NCBI GenBank assembly: GCA_965238005.1
Contig: OZ250165.1
Location: 1,696,001 to 1,760,000 of the forward strand
DNA length: 64,000 nt
Origin: Longimicrobiales bacterium
Lineage (GTDB): Bacteria; Gemmatimonadota; Gemmatimonadetes; Longimicrobiales; Gaopeijiaceae
Direction of reading: 5' to 3'
Shown piece by piece: positions 59,938 to 64,000 of the stretch. Both the position numbers and the translations under genes were made by a program. How positions within the stretch are numbered: the stretch's first letter is position 1; each line of letters begins with the position of its first letter. Under the pieces are notes generated by a model that did not search any database, was not told the origin of the DNA, and saw only the letters and a list, made by a program, of their open reading frames with translations.

Positions 59938-60326
59938 TTTCCATGTCCAAGAGCGTCGAGCACCGGCACTGGGAGATCTTCACTCATGACTCCGGGAATC
60001 CCGACGAGCTCGAGCGGAGGGCCACGGGAGATAGAGACGACACAGCCGTTGACCGGGGCGGTGGCGATGGTCTTCTTCACGAGGCTACTTTAGACGCTCA
60101 TGCCGCTGGCCTTCCGATCGGAGGGCGCCCCAGGAGGTTGAGCTATGCACGACGCCGAGTCTCCCGCGAACTTGTCCGGGGCACAGGATCTCGCCAGGGG
60201 CTTCAACGCCTTCGGCCTTCGCCTGTAATGGTGAGTTGACACGGTGACGGCCACGTGATCGGTCGGAAGCAGAGCCACCCAAGACTGGGCTCCCGACTCT
60301 TCGCTGGGACTTCTGGATGAGCTGGG

Positions 60327-61142
60327 CTACGCCAACCCTCTCCGCACCCGGGCCGAGCCCCACTCCGCCACGACGACCGTGCCCAGGATCACGAACAGAA
60401 TGACGCTGACCCGTGACCAGGCGAGTGCATCGATCGAGGCCTGGAGCGCCATACCGATTCCGCCCGCACCAACGAGACCGAGGATCGTGGCTTCCCGGAT
60501 GTTGATCTCCCACCGGTAGACGCTGACACCCGCCATGGTCGGCAGAATCTGTGGAACCAGGCCGAATGCGAGCGCCTGCGCCCGTCCGGCTCCCGTGGTC
60601 TCCATCGCGGTGACGGGGAGCTCGTGGGCTTCCTCGATCGATTCGTAGACGAGCTTGCCCACGAAGCCGACCGACCGGAACGCGATCGCCAGGATTCCGG
60701 CGAGCATGCCGGGACCGATGAGCACGACGAGCATGAGTGCCCAGATGATCGAGTTGACCGAGCGCGACGTGACCAGCATGAGGAGCGCGACCGGGCGTAC
60801 GTAGAGCTGGGACGGCGTCGTGGGCCGCGCGGCCGCGAAGGCCAGGGGGACGGCGATGAGGACGCCGAGTGCCGTCCCGAGTGTAGCGATGTGGACGGTG
60901 TCGGCCAGGGGACGCGCGATCGCGATCGCGTAGCCGCTGTCCGGCGGGAACATCCGCATGCCCAGGTCGCGTAGCTGGATACCCGCGTCGAGAACGAAGC
61001 TCCACGTCGTCTGAGACGAGATGCTAGTCCATGCGGCAACGAGGCACGCGGTGACGCCCAGTGAGATCACGAACCGAACCCGACCTTCCGCTCGGGTGTG
61101 TCGGCGCCATGCCCGTCCGGCCTCAGTGTGCAGCACGGGCAT
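60327..61142 (-). CDS. phnE: Phosphonate/phosphite ABC permease
   Basis: GKLVYESIE, YRWEINIREATILGLVGAGGIG. Confidence 0.9.
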   Translation of the reverse strand: MPVLHTEAGRAWRRHTRAEGRVRFVISLGVTACLVAAWTSISSQTTWSFVLDAGIQLRDLGMRMFPPDSGYAIAIARPLADTVHIATLGTALGVLIAVPLAFAAARPTTPSQLYVRPVALLMLVTSRSVNSIIWALMLVVLIGPGMLAGILAIAFRSVGFVGKLVYESIEEAHELPVTAMETTGAGRAQALAFGLVPQILPTMAGVSVYRWEINIREATILGLVGAGGIGMALQASIDALAWSRVSVILFVILGTVVVAEWGSARVRRGLA

Positions 61143-61943
61143 CAGAGCAGCCTCCGTCGCAGCCGGCCCGAAATGACCTCCGCTGCGAAGACCATCGAGA
61201 TGATCAGGATCAGGATGGCGGCCACTGATTCGAACTCATAGCGGCTGAACGCGGTCGTGAGCGTAGCCCCGATTCCACCGGCGCCGACCAGACCGATCAC
61301 GGCGGACTCTCGAAAGTTGATATCGAGGCGGTACAGCGTCAGACCGAGAACGCGAGGCATGACCTGGGGCAGCACCGCGAACGCGACGCGGGACGGCCAT
61401 GCCGCCCCAGCGGTGGTGAGCGCCTCGAGCGGGCCGGGCTCGATCTCCTCGACGGCTTCGGCCAGCAGCTTGCCCAGGAAACCGACAGTGGCCACAACGA
61501 GCGTAACGACGCCTGCGAACGGACCGAAACCGAACATTGCCACGAAGAGAATCGCGACGAGGATCTCGTGGAACGCACGAAATACCGCCAGTGCACCTCG
61601 GCACACCACGTAGACGGGTCCCGGGACGAGGTTGCGAGAGCCACCGAGACCGAAGGGGATGGAGATCACGAGCCCGGCGGCAGTGGCGAGGGCGGTCATC
61701 GACAGGCTCTCGAGCAGGCCGGTCCGGATATCGGGCCAGCGCGTGACGAAGTCGGGCCGCAGCCATCCGCCGAAGAAAAGCGCCGGCTCGTGCCATCCCC
61801 TCCATGATCCGGGCAAGATCGACCTCGATGGTCAGGACCGCTGCCAGCGTGTAGAGCGCGACCGACATCCACAGGAGCGTCCGAAGGGCCCGGCTCCGGA
61901 TCCTCAGAGGCGGACGCCATTCCCGTGCCACGTCAGTCGCCAA
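61142..61943 (-). pseudogene. phnE: Phosphonate ABC permease with an apparent frameshift near 61777
   Basis: N-terminal TM is in the frame of ORF 61236-61994; the conserved body (GKLLAEAVE, YRLDINFRES) is in the frame of ORF 61142-61816. Confidence 0.75.
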
Positions 61944-62739
61944 CGCCCGCATCCTCCGATCTCGCGCCGACGTGCGATTCCAGCGCTTCCTCACCGTAGA
62001 CCTGCGTCAGGATCTCATCATCCAGCGCGGACGGGGGACCGTTGAATACGATCGCCCCCTCGTGCAGGCCGAGAATACGTGGGCAGAAGCGGCGGGCCAA
62101 CGGCACGTCGTGGAGGTTGATGATCGCTGCGAGGTCGCTCTCGGCGCACACCTCGGTGATCAGGCTCATGATCCGCGCCGAAGCGGCCGGATCGAGACTC
62201 GCCGTCGGTTCGTCCACCAGGAGGACATCCGGATGCTGAATCAGGGCGCGACCGATGCCGACCCGCTGCTTCTGCCCGCCCGAGAGCTCGTCGCAGCGCC
62301 GATCTTCGAGGCCGTCGAGACCCATCCGTTCGAGGAGTCGGAAAGCCTCCTCGACGTCGTCCGGGTCGAAGCGTCGGCGAACGCTCCGCCAGAACCCGGT
62401 CCGGCCGAGCGTCCCGCAGAGGACGTTCTCCATGACGGTCAAGCGCCCGACGAGTGCGTGCTCCTGGAAAATCATACCCATTCGCAGACGTGCCTGACGA
62501 AGCTCGCCGAGGGCTAACCCCGTGAGGTTCACTCCGTCGAGGATGACCGCGCCCGCAGTGGGCTCCACGAGCCGGTGGACCGCTCTCAGAAGCGTGCTCT
62601 TACCGGCGCCCGACGCCCCGATGAGGCCGACGACCTCTTTCTGCTGGACCACCAGCGATACGCCGCGCAGCACCGGCTCCCCGGTTCCGTAACGGACCAC
62701 GAGTTCCTGGATCGTGAGCACGGCCCCGTCCCCGCTCAT
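61933..62739 (-). CDS. phnC: Phosphonate ABC ATPase
   Basis: GASGAGKS, LSGGQKQRV, DEPTASLDP, NLH. Confidence 0.92.
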   Translation of the reverse strand: MSGDGAVLTIQELVVRYGTGEPVLRGVSLVVQQKEVVGLIGASGAGKSTLLRAVHRLVEPTAGAVILDGVNLTGLALGELRQARLRMGMIFQEHALVGRLTVMENVLCGTLGRTGFWRSVRRRFDPDDVEEAFRLLERMGLDGLEDRRCDELSGGQKQRVGIGRALIQHPDVLLVDEPTASLDPAASARIMSLITEVCAESDLAAIINLHDVPLARRFCPRILGLHEGAIVFNGPPSALDDEILTQVYGEEALESHVGARSEDAGVGD

Positions 62740-63812
62740 CGACAACCCCAACTGGTGCCCACCGCCACGTCGATCGTACGGATGACTTCCCAATGTTCCT
62801 GATACGTGATCTCGATGAATCCGTCCTCTTCCTGGAACTCCGCCTCGAGGGCACTACCGGCCCACTCGAAACTGCGGAACGCCTGACGAACGAGTTCGGC
62901 GAGGTCCGGCTCCAGGCGATTCGAGACTCCGTAGGCCGTCGTAGGGAACGACTCCGAGCGGTAGAGGACGCGGAGATCGTCCCGGCTTCCCACGCCACGC
63001 GCGAGGACCTGGTCGATGACCTGGTTGGCGACAGCCGCCACCTCGTAGTCGCGCTGTAACACACCGAGTACCGAGTTGTCGTGTCTTCCCGAGAAGACCG
63101 GCCGGAAATCACGGCCCGCCACCAGTCCGAATTCCGACTCGAGAAGGACAGAGGGTGCCTTGAACCCGCTGTTCGAGGTGGGGGAGGTGAAGGTGAGCGT
63201 CCGTCCGCGCAGATCTTCGACCTCCTCGATCCCGCTGTCCCGATGGGTGAGGAGCTCCATTTCGTACCCGAAGCTGCCGTCCTCGCGCGCCATCATCGTC
63301 AGGGGCACGAAACCGGCGCAGTTCACCGCGAGTGGCACACTACCGGTGTTGAAGCCACCGATGTGCAGCCGGCCCGCTCGCATCGCCTCGATCTGAGCTG
63401 CGTTCGACTGGACGGGAAAGAACCGAACCTCCCTGGAGACGATCCCCTCGAGGTGGTCCAGGAAGCCCCGCCATACGTCCCTGAACTGAGCCGGGTCTTC
63501 GACGGGAGTGTAGGCGAAGATCAGGACGTCCGGGTTCAGCCGGAGCCGGACATCCGACGGCGGGTCGGCAACGAGGTCTCCATTCCGATCACAGTAACGA
63601 AGGTCGAGGTCGCCGTGCGTGCAGTCCTCGACGAGTGGACCCGCGCACGCGGAGAGAATCGCCGCGATCGAACAGCAGCCGGTCGCCCTCCGGTGATCGC
63701 CTCCTCGGGTGGGTCGAGCGGGTCTGCTCACGAGATCACGGACCACCCTGCGGCGGCGGCCTGGGAAAGAGGTCGGGGTTGTTCGTGATGATCCCGTCGA
63801 CGAGCTGTGCAC
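62736..63812 (-). CDS. phnD: Phosphate/phosphite/phosphonate ABC substrate-binding protein (true start probably near 63700)
   Basis: YTPVEDP, AQIEAMRAGRLH, TSNSGFKAP, SGRHDNS. Confidence 0.88.
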   Translation of the reverse strand: MHSSSTGSSRTTPTSFPGRRRRVVRDLVSRPARPTRGGDHRRATGCCSIAAILSACAGPLVEDCTHGDLDLRYCDRNGDLVADPPSDVRLRLNPDVLIFAYTPVEDPAQFRDVWRGFLDHLEGIVSREVRFFPVQSNAAQIEAMRAGRLHIGGFNTGSVPLAVNCAGFVPLTMMAREDGSFGYEMELLTHRDSGIEEVEDLRGRTLTFTSPTSNSGFKAPSVLLESEFGLVAGRDFRPVFSGRHDNSVLGVLQRDYEVAAVANQVIDQVLARGVGSRDDLRVLYRSESFPTTAYGVSNRLEPDLAELVRQAFRSFEWAGSALEAEFQEEDGFIEITYQEHWEVIRTIDVAVGTSWGCR

Positions 63813-64000
63813 GTATCTCTCCGGAGGAATCTGTTCATCACCTGGCGATACCCTCTGCGGATGGGGAGGACGCGTCAGCGCTGGCGTTCGGTCGCGTCGA
63901 AGATGGGCGGTGCCCCGTCCCGGGGCTACCCGACCCGACCCGTCAACTCACGCAGCGCGCCCGTCTCGAGCGCGCCGACTTCTCGATGCTGTTCGAGCGG

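Overview
A GC-rich bacterial chromosomal window. The gene set (two DPP-IV-type S9 peptidases, PadR plus duplicated orphan permease, Tat-exported enzymes, amidohydrolase) suggests Gemmatimonadota or a similar lineage; this is inference only. The region is a heavily rearranged accessory zone. It holds two IS3-family elements, two IS1182 copies, an IS1595-family transporter element with passenger genes, IS481 remnants, two broken tyrosine integrases, an intact tRNA-Pro(TGG) with a downstream att duplicate, an orphan tRNA-Arg(CCT) 3' half with arm-type repeats, many gene fragments and a phnDCEE-type ABC transporter. The main finding is a ~1.3 kb cassette present twice (23255-24546 and 49063-50354). 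In it, a PAPS reductase gene (cysH) follows two tandem unannotated Cys-rich leader peptides (VILNSCCCRCSC... and MTPRTAMCCCCCC...), each with its own antiterminator and intrinsic terminator, which looks like a double cysteine-sensing transcription attenuator. The second finding is a D-arm-less tRNA-like RNA carried inside the IS1595 element, with an Ala-type G3:U70 acceptor stem and a possible UUA anticodon. All calls come from reading the sequence by eye; no searches or folding programs were run.
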